Positions 28,302 to 37,878 of a stretch of DNA of 64,000 nt are shown here, piece by piece (the stretch's first letter is position 1; each line of letters opens with the position of its first letter). The notes beneath the pieces were generated by a model, which ran no database searches, was not told the origin of the DNA, and worked only from the letters and a program-made list of their open reading frames with translations. A program made the translations under genes and the position numbers. This DNA is from Bacteroidia bacterium (GTDB lineage Bacteria; Bacteroidota; Bacteroidia; NS11-12g; UBA9320), in contig CBDCFW010000006.1 of assembly GCA_965216465.1 (NCBI GenBank), forward strand, positions 64,001 to 128,000. The letters run 5' to 3'.

Positions 28302-28877
28302 CTAATCGAATAGATGGGTTGTATTTAGAATTTCAAATACGTACCACTTCTCGTTGAATTTATAAACAGTTACCGGCACTGTTTCATCCTTATCGTTGTA
28401 ATTTAACACAACCTCAAGTACTCCCATTCCCGATGGAGAATCGGTCGGCGGAGTATATTTATACTCTTTAAAAGTAACCAATGCTCGGTCTACATCATGC
28501 TCCTTCATCTCTGCCTGAATCTTGTCAAAATTTGACACAAACCGATCATTTAACGGTTTCAGCATATTTTCTTGAATATCCGCATCTGTAAAGTAAGGAT
28601 CTCCTTCAGGAATTAATTCTCGAGCGACTTCAACAGTTGGTATATAAACACCCAAAACTGTAACATCATTGGTTAATACTGCATGCGAAAAAGATCGAGC
28701 AACGGAATTTAGTCCATCATCTTTAGCGATCCCAAAGACATTTTCGGGGGTTTTCTCTACCTCCTCTGCTACCTCTACATTTTGTATTTCGGGAGTTTCA
28801 ACTTCAGGAGTTTTTGGCTTAGATGTAAAACAGGAACTAGCTAAAATTACAACAGCTATTAAGTAGACATTCTTCAT
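28302..28877 (-). CDS. Hypothetical lipoprotein
   Basis: Lipobox ILASSC after MKNVYL. A -7 element at 28884-28891 supports the 28877 start. Confidence 0.75.
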   Translation of the reverse strand: MKNVYLIAVVILASSCFTSKPKTPEVETPEIQNVEVAEEVEKTPENVFGIAKDDGLNSVARSFSHAVLTNDVTVLGVYIPTVEVARELIPEGDPYFTDADIQENMLKPLNDRFVSNFDKIQAEMKEHDVDRALVTFKEYKYTPPTDSPSGMGVLEVVLNYNDKDETVPVTVYKFNEKWYVFEILNTTHLFD

Positions 28878-28912
28878 GGCTAACAAAAATACAAGAAATG
28901 GTTAAGTGATTT

Positions 28913-29218
28913 TTACTCAGAATCTGGCTTCTTTCGTCGTGGTCGAAGCTTTCTTTCCTTCTTCGGTTCTTCACCTGGTCTAGGACGAGCTTCTTGAACT
29001 GATAAAGGACGGTTGTTGATCTTTCTACGATTTAGTCTCATGATTGCTTTTTGGCCATCATAGCTGCTTCCCATAAGAACAAAACCATATCCTTTCGGTT
29101 TCTTGGTTTCTAAATCGATAAGAATTTTTACAGACTTAACTTCTCCGTACTCCTCAAAAAGTTTACGCAACTCATCCTCACTAATTTTGTAGTCTATATT
29201 AGAAACAAATAAATTCAT
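28913..29218 (-). CDS. RRM-domain RNA-binding protein
   Basis: RNP2 LFVSNI, RNP1 KGYGFVLM and a basic tail. Promoter TACCTTTG at 29285-29292 on the minus strand. Confidence 0.93.
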   Translation of the reverse strand: MNLFVSNIDYKISEDELRKLFEEYGEVKSVKILIDLETKKPKGYGFVLMGSSYDGQKAIMRLNRRKINNRPLSVQEARPRPGEEPKKERKLRPRRKKPDSE

Positions 29219-29350
29219 CTAAAAACATGGTTAATCTCAGAGTTCTTCATCAAAAAACGTAGAAAGCTGAAATAATAATTCAAACAAAGGTATTATTTAT
29301 TTAAAAGAATCTCGTATCCCACGGGCTTTTTTATTTTTGCAACAGATTGA

Positions 29351-30796
29351 ATGAAAAAACTGTTAAACTATATAAACGGTGAATTGATACCACCTTCAGG
29401 AGGTAATTATATAGACAATTACAACCCTTCCACAGGGCAGGTCTATTCTCTAATTCCCGACTCAGATCAAAATGATGTTGATCTTGCCATTCAAAGTGCT
29501 CGAAACGCATTTGAATCGTGGAGTAGTCTTAAACCTACAGAACGTGCTAAATGGTTAGAGAAAGTATCAGAAGGAATTGCTGAAAGACTAGATGAGTTAG
29601 CACTGGCAGAAAGCACTGACAATGGAAAGCCACTATGGTTGGCCACCGCAGTTGATATTCCACGTGCTCGAGATAACTTTAAGTTTTATTCTACGGCTAT
29701 TATGCACTATGCCTCTGAAAGCCACCAAACTGCAGATAATGTTATCAACTATACCCTGCGCAAACCAATTGGTGTAGCAGCATGTATTTCACCGTGGAAT
29801 CTCCCACTATATCTTTTCTCTTGGAAAATTGCTCCTGCCCTTGCAGCAGGAAATACGGTAGTTGCCAAGCCCTCTGAAGTAACACCTATGACGGCTTATC
29901 TACTAAGCGAAATTTGTAAAGAAATTGACTTTCCGAAAGGAGTATTAAATATTGTTCACGGACTTGGGGCTTCTACAGGAAATAGTATTATTTCTAGCGA
30001 CAACATTGATCTTGTTTCTTTTACAGGAGGTACAAAAACTGGAGAGCATATCGCTCGTATTGTAGCTCCAAAGTTTAAGAAAATGTCATTAGAGCTTGGA
30101 GGCAAGAATCCAAATATCATATTTGATGATTGTGACTTTGAGAAAGCCTTAAAAACATCGATTAACAGTTCCTTCAGTAATCAAGGTCAAATTTGCTTGT
30201 GTGGCTCAAGAATACTTGTTCAAAGAGGAATCTACGAGAAGTTTAGAGATGCCTTTGTTAAAAAAGTCGAAGCTATGAAAGTGGGTAATCCGATGGACGA
30301 TGATTCACGCATGGGAGCTATTGTTTCAAAACCGCACTACGAAAAGGTTTTGTCATACATTGAACTTGCCAAAGAAGAAGGAGGTACTGTTTTAACTGGT
30401 GGGCATGCAGTACAACTCGATGGAGAATACAAAGATGGATGGTACATTCGACCAACCGTAATTGAAGGACTTGATCAACAATGCAGAACCAATCAAGAGG
30501 AGATTTTTGGGCCTGTAGTGACAATTCAACCATTTGATACAGAAGAAGAAGCCGTCGAACTAGCAAATTGTACCGGGTATGGCCTTGCAGCTACTATTTG
30601 GACACAAGATCTATCTAAGGCACACAGAATGGCAAACAGCGTTAAAAGTGGCATAATATGGGTAAACTGTTGGCTGCTTAGAGATTTAAGAACACCATTT
30701 GGTGGTATGAAGAATAGTGGTGTTGGTAGAGAAGGTGGATGGGAAGCTTTGAAATTCTTTACTGAACCCAAGAATGTCTGTATCAAATACGACTAA
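29351..30796 (+). CDS. Aldehyde dehydrogenase, 2-aminomuconate/2-hydroxymuconate semialdehyde dehydrogenase type
   Basis: Motifs ISPWNLPL, ELGGKNP, NQGQICLCGSR, EEIFGPV, WLLRDLRTPFGG. Confidence 0.88.
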   Translation: MKKLLNYINGELIPPSGGNYIDNYNPSTGQVYSLIPDSDQNDVDLAIQSARNAFESWSSLKPTERAKWLEKVSEGIAERLDELALAESTDNGKPLWLATAVDIPRARDNFKFYSTAIMHYASESHQTADNVINYTLRKPIGVAACISPWNLPLYLFSWKIAPALAAGNTVVAKPSEVTPMTAYLLSEICKEIDFPKGVLNIVHGLGASTGNSIISSDNIDLVSFTGGTKTGEHIARIVAPKFKKMSLELGGKNPNIIFDDCDFEKALKTSINSSFSNQGQICLCGSRILVQRGIYEKFRDAFVKKVEAMKVGNPMDDDSRMGAIVSKPHYEKVLSYIELAKEEGGTVLTGGHAVQLDGEYKDGWYIRPTVIEGLDQQCRTNQEEIFGPVVTIQPFDTEEEAVELANCTGYGLAATIWTQDLSKAHRMANSVKSGIIWVNCWLLRDLRTPFGGMKNSGVGREGGWEALKFFTEPKNVCIKYD

Positions 30797-30810
30797 AAAT
30801 TTTATCAAAT

Positions 30811-30840
30811 AAAAAGGGAGGCGAATCGCCTCCCTTTTTT
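30811..30840. terminator. Bidirectional intrinsic terminator
   Basis: AAAAAGGGAGGCG-aat-CGCCTCCCTTTTTT between convergent genes. An extra GAAA-loop hairpin lies at 30861-30872 on the minus strand. Confidence 0.9.
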
Positions 30841-30878
30841 ATTACACATTTAAGTATTAAGGGCTTTCGCCCAAACAA

Positions 30879-31433
30879 CTAATGATAATCGTCTTCGACG
30901 AAACCAGTTCTTCTGTGTCCTGCGAAAACGTACTCAGTTCCTGGATCATCACTGAATGTTGCGGTAATATGGATACTATCCATCTCAACACCTGTTAGAG
31001 ATCTTCCAGCTCCGGCAATTATTTTACCTTCAACTGTAATGGTCTCATAACCAGAACCTGTTACGGTAACTGAATCAATTGGGTCGATATTTGGATCTCT
31101 AATGATATCTGCTGTATCGTAAGTCGTCCAAGTAACTTCCATATTGTCTCCAGTTCCGCTAAACGTAGCGTTTCCTGCATTTGCAGCAATTTTTGCTTTA
31201 AACGGCCAGATATGACCATGGTCATCTAACCAGATAGAATCTCCAGTAGCAGAGGCAAGGTTGTAAGTCAAGATTCGCTCATGACCTAGTACCACAGTTC
31301 CTCCAACTGAGGTTTCTACCCACCATTCACCAGCCAGCTCATTGCCGGGAATCATTTCGGGTTCATATTCGTCTTGGCAAGCCACAAAGCCAATCGCGAT
31401 CAATGCCAATAATATTAATTTACTTATTTTCAT
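30879..31433 (-). CDS. Surface lipoprotein, BT2261-like (Lipid_bd family)
   Basis: Lipobox FVAC, LAGEWWV, TYN, IWLDD, DSI...F.DDP, G.RRTGF.EDD. Confidence 0.85.
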   Translation of the reverse strand: MKISKLILLALIAIGFVACQDEYEPEMIPGNELAGEWWVETSVGGTVVLGHERILTYNLASATGDSIWLDDHGHIWPFKAKIAANAGNATFSGTGDNMEVTWTTYDTADIIRDPNIDPIDSVTVTGSGYETITVEGKIIAGAGRSLTGVEMDSIHITATFSDDPGTEYVFAGHRRTGFVEDDYH

Positions 31434-31444
31434 TTAGGTTTTTC

Positions 31445-32182
31445 TTAAAATTGAACTTGCGTTAATTCGACCTCGAACGTGTAGCCAATAGCCCAGTCTG
31501 TGGTCATGTTGATCTTCTTGTTAGCAGCATCTACGGTGAAATCCGTCATGGTCATTGGCCAAGGCCATCCACCATATCCTGAAGCAAATGTAGGAAGTGT
31601 AAAGTCATTACTTCCAATGTCATTTGCTACAACAGAAGTAGGTGCATTAAATGGAATACCATATGCTGTACCAATTTGGTAGTAAGCACCAATACCGCAT
31701 GAAATACCATACTCTCCCGCTCCTTTGTCGTAGATTAATACATACTCCAATCCACTAAAACGTGGTACACCATTTCTAACGATGGTTGAAGTATACAATC
31801 CTGCAATGCTATTTACAAGGTCACCTGTTTCAACAACATAAACTCTTCTGGTTGCTGATCCATCGAATCCATCTTTATTTGTTGCACTATAAGTAAGGTC
31901 ATAGCAGTCTGCAACATTCTCATCAAGTGATGAGCCACCTTGGTAAGCTCCAGATACAGAAGTTGTAACTTCAATTTCATTACCTCCCTCTAATGCTTTA
32001 ACACCAGGCTCAGTAAATGCTGTTCCTGCACTTAGGAACATAGGATTATCTCCACTTAATTCAAATATGGGATAGTTGGTAACCTTTGAGAGACCACCAG
32101 TGGTATCCTTATCACATCCTGCAAAGAAAATTAGAGCCAATCCTAATACTAATACATTAATTTTTTTCATTTTGTTATTCAT
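31445..32182 (-). CDS. Surface lipoprotein, BT2262-like (DUF5011/DUF5012 Ig-like)
   Basis: Lipobox FAGC, KVTNYP..EL.G, F.EPG, YSATNKDGF..SATR.V.V. Confidence 0.85.
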   Translation of the reverse strand: MNNKMKKINVLVLGLALIFFAGCDKDTTGGLSKVTNYPIFELSGDNPMFLSAGTAFTEPGVKALEGGNEIEVTTSVSGAYQGGSSLDENVADCYDLTYSATNKDGFDGSATRRVYVVETGDLVNSIAGLYTSTIVRNGVPRFSGLEYVLIYDKGAGEYGISCGIGAYYQIGTAYGIPFNAPTSVVANDIGSNDFTLPTFASGYGGWPWPMTMTDFTVDAANKKINMTTDWAIGYTFEVELTQVQF

Positions 32183-32186
32183 TTAA

Positions 32187-33641
32187 TTATTTCTGATCCC
32201 ACCATACTTTAGCTGCAAGTCCTGCGGCATTACTAGCTGGTGCATTACTATTTCTAACAGTTTCAATGTCTGGTACTAAAAGTCTTCTTGGAGTACTATT
32301 TCCTGTCAATACAGAAGCATAAGACAAAGTCAATTCTCCGATTTCTCCAGCAGTTCCTTTTGCATTCGCAGATAAAGGTGGATACTGAGTTCTATTCATT
32401 TCGAAGAACGCTTCTAAGTTTTGGAAGTTTGCCAAGGCAATCCACTTCTGCATCATAATTTGTCCGATGTCAGTTTCAATGTCACCAGTAGTCGTGTACT
32501 CATAAGGTCCTCCTGAACCATAAAGAGCACTCGCTCCAGTTTGCGCATGCATTGCAAAAGAAGCTTCAATTCCAGCCTCATATTCAGCTTGTGCTCCAGC
32601 TCCTCCATTGTATCTAACCATTGCTTCAGCTTTTAAGAAATGAAGCTCAGCCATTGTAAAGAAATAAACCGGTGTAGTTGCTGTAATGTTTGGAGTCGAT
32701 AGGTCTCCGTTTGGAATATCTCGATTTGCAAAATCTCCTTGCTCTTTGGCTTTATGACCTGAAGCTCCAGGTACATAAATACCATCGATACGAGGATCTC
32801 CGTTTTCATCAAGATACTTAATCATGGTGTTACTTGCTGATTGGTTTACCCCACCAAGTCTATCCACTTGAATTTCATAGTAAGGGTTACGTTTGCCTTG
32901 CTCTGCAGCAAATTGGCTTATCGCAGCATCCATTGTAATAAAGTTATCATCGTTAATCAACGCCATAACTTCAGCTGATTTTGCACTCGCATAACTCTGT
33001 CTCATGTACATTTTAAGTTTAAGCGTGTTTGCAAAACCTACCCACTCTGACATAGAACCACCAAATACGAAATCTGAAGTTGACATATCCTTAGTTCCAG
33101 GATCATCATTGTATGCTGCTAGTGCTGCATCTATCTCTTCGATTAACGCTGCATAAATATCAGCACCATTGTCAAATGCTGGCTCCGTGTTGTTCACGCC
33201 TTGAAGCGCTTCAGAGAATGGAATGTCATTATACAAGTCTGCCAACATTTGGAAGGTATACGCCTCACAAAGTGTTGCTACTAGTGCATAATTGTTATCA
33301 CCAGCTTCTTGAGCTTTTTCTTTGATGATTCTTAAGTTCATTAATCCACCTGCGTAGATTTCTCTCCATTCTCTATCAAAGAAGTCAGTTTCAATTCTGT
33401 ATTCGTCGATACGCTCGTACTGACCAGCGTCAGGGCTTTGCGTATAGTACTGAGCCCAGAATCCTCCTAGGTTGTGATAAGATCCTCCAAAAGTGGCCAT
33501 CATAGAAGTTTGAGCTCCAGGGAGCATTAAACTAATATCAACATCACCCAACGCGTCGGGATCCGAATTAACGTCCACAAATTCTTTACACCCAATAGTT
33601 GATGTAAGAAATACTAATAATAATATTGTTATTTTTTTCAT
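32187..33641 (-). CDS. susD: SusD/RagB-family lipoprotein
   Basis: Lipobox IGC, DLYNDIPFSEALQG, FANTLKLK, QKWIA, KVWWD. Confidence 0.93.
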   Translation of the reverse strand: MKKITILLLVFLTSTIGCKEFVDVNSDPDALGDVDISLMLPGAQTSMMATFGGSYHNLGGFWAQYYTQSPDAGQYERIDEYRIETDFFDREWREIYAGGLMNLRIIKEKAQEAGDNNYALVATLCEAYTFQMLADLYNDIPFSEALQGVNNTEPAFDNGADIYAALIEEIDAALAAYNDDPGTKDMSTSDFVFGGSMSEWVGFANTLKLKMYMRQSYASAKSAEVMALINDDNFITMDAAISQFAAEQGKRNPYYEIQVDRLGGVNQSASNTMIKYLDENGDPRIDGIYVPGASGHKAKEQGDFANRDIPNGDLSTPNITATTPVYFFTMAELHFLKAEAMVRYNGGAGAQAEYEAGIEASFAMHAQTGASALYGSGGPYEYTTTGDIETDIGQIMMQKWIALANFQNLEAFFEMNRTQYPPLSANAKGTAGEIGELTLSYASVLTGNSTPRRLLVPDIETVRNSNAPASNAAGLAAKVWWDQK

Positions 33642-33654
33642 TTTTATCTAGCTA

Positions 33655-36600
33655 TTAAAGTGTAAATCGAACTGCAAATCCAACTGAACGTGTAGTTGGG
33701 TTAGCACTAAATTCTCCAAATTCTGCTTGAATACCGTTACCAAACGTTGTAGACTCAGGATCAACAAACTGATTGTCAGCAGGAGTCCATAAGAATAAGT
33801 TTCTACCGATAACGCTTAAAGAAGCACCCGTAAAAGGAAGTTTCTCTAACATCTCAGTTGGTAAAGTATACGTTAACGCAACTTCTCTTAGTTTAACAAA
33901 TGATTTATCGATTACTTGCATTCTGTCGAAAGCATCTGCTCTATGATAATCATCCATGTGAGCTGGGTCAACAGCTATTGTATTCTCAACATAATCGAAA
34001 GTACCATCTCCATTATCAATTTTTTGAACTGAGTTTGGAACAATAAATGGTTTTCTATCGTTAGTCGTAGTTTTAATAGAGTTACCTGTAAAGAAAGTAA
34101 TATCTGCTGTTCTTGAGAACATTAAACCACCTTGTCTTGAATCAAATAAGAAGCTCAATCCAAATGATTTATACTTAAGCCTAGAACCTAAACCTAACAT
34201 GTAGTTGATTTGAGAGCTACCATAAATTTCTTTTTCAGTAGCTGCAACAGGAACACCGTTTGCATCAACAACAACTTGGCCATCTGGAGACGTTTCTGCA
34301 ACGTTACCTTCAAATAAACCGATTGGTTGACCGTTACGTGCTAAGAATCCAGTAGTAGAAAGACCACCAATTGGGAAATCTTGCTCAAGACCAGATACTT
34401 CGTTTCTATTTCTAGTGTAGTTACCAAAAATCTCCCAGTTAAATCCGTCATCGTTTCTAAGTACTTTATAAGAAACAACTGCCTCAATACCTTTATTAGT
34501 AATATCAGCGAAGTTGAATATTTGAGAATTACCACCTGAAGAAGGAGCAACAGAACGATAAAGAATCATATCGTCAGTTAATCTGTTGTAGTATGTGAAG
34601 TCGATCTTACCTCTGTTTTCCATAAATTTAAGATCTAATCCTAACTCTAACTCCTTGTTGTACTCAGGTCTCAACTCTAAGTTAGCTAAGTTTTGCTCAA
34701 TACTAAACGAGTTTAAGCCACCAAATGGGTAAGTAATGTCTCTAAACGGCATGTCGTTGAAACTTTGAACGTAGTATCTTTCGATAGCATATGCTGGAGC
34801 ATCGTTCGCAGTTTGACCGTAACCAACTCTAAATTTACCAAAGTTGATAAAGTCAGGTAAATCTACAGCATCTGTAAATACGAAACTGAAGTTAGCAGAT
34901 GGGTAGAAGTATGCATTGTTCTCAACTGGCAAAGTAGAAGATTGGTCTCTTCTTACAGATAAGTTTAAGAAAGCCATTCGCTTATAAGCGAAGTTCGCTA
35001 ATAAGTATGCGTTAAACTGTCTTCTTTGAGACTGGCTTTCAGAAATAGTTGGAGTAGATGCACTATTTGATAAGTTGTAGTAACCTGGAATATCAAGGTC
35101 AACAACTGATGCAAATAAATTTGTTGTATTTCTAGAGTTAATATTAATACCTCCAGTAAGGTCCATATTTATTAATGGATTAATTTCCTTAGACCAGTTA
35201 ACAATAACATCGTTGTTAAATTCAGTTCTTCCTGAACTTTGCTCAGATACAAATCCAGGATCCTCAGTACTTGACCCAGCATTTGGACCGTACTCAGGCT
35301 CTAGAATCGCTCTGTGATTATGTATAACGTTATCGTTTAAGTCATAACCAAAACGATACATAACATCTAAGTTCTCAGCAATGTCGTATGTAGCTGTTAA
35401 GTTACCAAACATTTTAGTACCGTTGTAATTGTTACCATTCTCGTTTAATACGAAGTATGGATTGGTTACACCATAGTGTGTAAAGTAATCTTCAATGCTA
35501 TAAAATTGAGCTTCGTAATCTTGCATATCAACCACACTCATGTTACGTGGGATCTGCATAATATTATTATATACACTTTGAGAACCTTGTCCAGTTGTTA
35601 CAAACGAACCTTCTGAAAGTGCCATATTAACACCCCCTGAAACGGTAAGCTTATCGATTTTAGTTCTCGCTTTTAAGCTAACTGTGTTTCTATCATAAAC
35701 ATCAATCGCACCTGGGAAAACACCATCTTGACTTGCATTCGAATAAGAAGCATAGAAACTACTGTTTGCATTACCTCCAGTTATACCAATACTGTTATTC
35801 ATATTAGTACCCGTTTCGAAAAAGTCTCTTACGTTATTTTCTAATGCATTATATGGAGCAAGCAACTGAGCGTCGTCAACTACACGGCCAAATACACGAT
35901 CTCTACCGTCCAACTTAGGACCCCAAGAACCGTTTTCATCTAACCAGTGGTTACCGTCCCATCCTTGTCCGAAAGTGTTTTGGAAGTTTGGAGTACGTAA
36001 AACACTACTGAATGTAACGTTACCATTGTACTCAATACCTAGAGACTTTTTGCCTCCTTCAGTAGTACTTCCTTGCTTGGTAGTAATCATGATTACACCG
36101 TTTGCCCCTCTTGAACCATAAAGTGCAGAAGCGGCAGAACCTTTCAATACTTCCATACTCTCGATGTCATTTGGGTTAATAGTGTTCAAACCGTTACCAA
36201 AGTCAAAACCTCCATTCAAACTGTTCGAATTTTGAGAACTGTTCGAAATTGGAATACCATCAACTACGATTAGCGGTTGAGTTCCTTGACTTAACGAGTG
36301 AATACCACGAATAAAGATCCTTGTAGAAGCACCTGGGTCAGTAGAAGCAGTGGTAATTTGAACCCCGGCAATTTTACCTTGAAGTCCATTAATTACAGTT
36401 CTGTCCCCACCTTCAGTAATTTCAACCGCCTTAACAGAAGCAATTGAATAACCTAGCGACCGAGCACTTTTCTTAATATTCTGTGCGGTTACTACTACTT
36501 GATCAATAGATTCATCGGATGACTTCAATACAATCGAAACATTGTTGGCAGTTCCTACCTCATATTCTTGAGTCACCATACCGATAAAACTTACAACCAG

Positions 36601-36816
36601 AACTGGGTTCGTTGTGGTCGTATTCAATTTAAAAGTACCATCACCACCGGCTATCGCACCGTTGCTGGTCCCTTTTTCTTTAACCACAGCACCCACAACG
36701 GGTTGTGATTTTTCGTCCGTAACCTTACCGGTTATGGTCCGGGTTTGCGCAAAAGATTCTGCCGAAAACAACAGCATTACGCATACCCCTAAAATTAGAA
36801 ATAATTGTTTTTTCAT
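33655..36816 (-). CDS. susC: SusC/RagA TonB-dependent transporter
   Basis: N-terminal CarboxypepD-like domain, plug motif INPNDIESMEVLKGSAASALYGSRGANGVIMITTK, and barrel end GRNL...P..RS.GF. Confidence 0.96.
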   Translation of the reverse strand: MKKQLFLILGVCVMLLFSAESFAQTRTITGKVTDEKSQPVVGAVVKEKGTSNGAIAGGDGTFKLNTTTTNPVLVVSFIGMVTQEYEVGTANNVSIVLKSSDESIDQVVVTAQNIKKSARSLGYSIASVKAVEITEGGDRTVINGLQGKIAGVQITTASTDPGASTRIFIRGIHSLSQGTQPLIVVDGIPISNSSQNSNSLNGGFDFGNGLNTINPNDIESMEVLKGSAASALYGSRGANGVIMITTKQGSTTEGGKKSLGIEYNGNVTFSSVLRTPNFQNTFGQGWDGNHWLDENGSWGPKLDGRDRVFGRVVDDAQLLAPYNALENNVRDFFETGTNMNNSIGITGGNANSSFYASYSNASQDGVFPGAIDVYDRNTVSLKARTKIDKLTVSGGVNMALSEGSFVTTGQGSQSVYNNIMQIPRNMSVVDMQDYEAQFYSIEDYFTHYGVTNPYFVLNENGNNYNGTKMFGNLTATYDIAENLDVMYRFGYDLNDNVIHNHRAILEPEYGPNAGSSTEDPGFVSEQSSGRTEFNNDVIVNWSKEINPLINMDLTGGININSRNTTNLFASVVDLDIPGYYNLSNSASTPTISESQSQRRQFNAYLLANFAYKRMAFLNLSVRRDQSSTLPVENNAYFYPSANFSFVFTDAVDLPDFINFGKFRVGYGQTANDAPAYAIERYYVQSFNDMPFRDITYPFGGLNSFSIEQNLANLELRPEYNKELELGLDLKFMENRGKIDFTYYNRLTDDMILYRSVAPSSGGNSQIFNFADITNKGIEAVVSYKVLRNDDGFNWEIFGNYTRNRNEVSGLEQDFPIGGLSTTGFLARNGQPIGLFEGNVAETSPDGQVVVDANGVPVAATEKEIYGSSQINYMLGLGSRLKYKSFGLSFLFDSRQGGLMFSRTADITFFTGNSIKTTTNDRKPFIVPNSVQKIDNGDGTFDYVENTIAVDPAHMDDYHRADAFDRMQVIDKSFVKLREVALTYTLPTEMLEKLPFTGASLSVIGRNLFLWTPADNQFVDPESTTFGNGIQAEFGEFSANPTTRSVGFAVRFTL

Positions 36817-37248
36817 AAACTTAGCTTTGTGTTTAATTCCGTCTAATTTATGTATTTCATCGATTAATGACCAAATTAATTCTTCAAAATCATGTAAGAA
36901 GTGGAAAACTCGTGTGAATATATTGCGTCTAAATCATTACCAAAATGTGACGAAAACGCCCAATTAATAAGGTTTTCATAACATTTTACGGAGTCAAAAA
37001 TGACAGAAGAATTTGTAGATAATAATTTTACGTATTCTTTTAACACTTTTAAGTATTTTACAATAAAAACATAACCAAATGAGGTTAAAACGAACTCCAA
37101 TTTGAAATATATAGTTTCAAAATTTTGAATAATAAATGAACCAAAATTTGAACGCTGTCCTAATTAGTTCAATGTTGGCAATTAATAAGTGGAAAACATA
37201 TCTATTTATACAACTAAACTTGCATACAGACATATCTTTGCTCCGCAA

Positions 37249-37878
37249 ATGAAATTAAACTACAACACGCAACAAGAACATATACATCTTACTGAATACG
37301 GAAGAGGCGTTCAAGAAATGGTTGAACACCTAAAAACAGTTGAAGATCGCGAAAAAAGAAACCGCATGGCTCGCACCATTTTTAAAGTTATGGTGAATCT
37401 CAACCCAAGCATTAAGGAGCAAGAAAATTACGAAAAAACGGTTTGGGATCACATGCATGAAATTGCACAATATGAACTTGATATCGATACAGAGTTCCCA
37501 AAACCTACTCCTGAAGAAAAATCTGAAGGACCAGAGCATCTAGGCTATAAAGGTGTTCTAAGCAAGTACCGCTTTTATGGACGAAATCTAATCGACATGA
37601 TTGACGGAGCCAAAGACATGGAAGACGGCGAAATCAAGTCGTTGTACATCAACTATATAGCTTCTTTTATGGTCAACTCCTCAAAAAACTGGAATGATGA
37701 AGATCTTACGCCAAATCAAGTTGTTCAACATCTTGCCGATTTATCGGAAGGCAAGCTGCAACTTGACCCAGATTCAATAAATATTCATATTGAATCACGT
37801 AGAAAGCGACCTTCAAACTTTAAATCAAACAATAGAAAAGGCAAAAAGAAATCAAACAACAAATACAGAAGAAGATAG
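37249..37878 (+). CDS. DUF4290 protein (ORF track start 37189)
   Basis: Motifs YNT...EYGR.VQ.MV, WDH, YRFYG, upstream of murA. Promoter TATCTTTG at 37233-37240. Confidence 0.88.
   Translation: MKLNYNTQQEHIHLTEYGRGVQEMVEHLKTVEDREKRNRMARTIFKVMVNLNPSIKEQENYEKTVWDHMHEIAQYELDIDTEFPKPTPEEKSEGPEHLGYKGVLSKYRFYGRNLIDMIDGAKDMEDGEIKSLYINYIASFMVNSSKNWNDEDLTPNQVVQHLADLSEGKLQLDPDSINIHIESRRKRPSNFKSNNRKGKKKSNNKYRRR

Noticed and set aside
36614-37100. ORFs 36614-36967 (+) and 36876-37100 (-)
   Set aside because: One is antisense to susC and the other is an AT-rich frame with no recognisable features. No invertible-promoter repeats were evident either.
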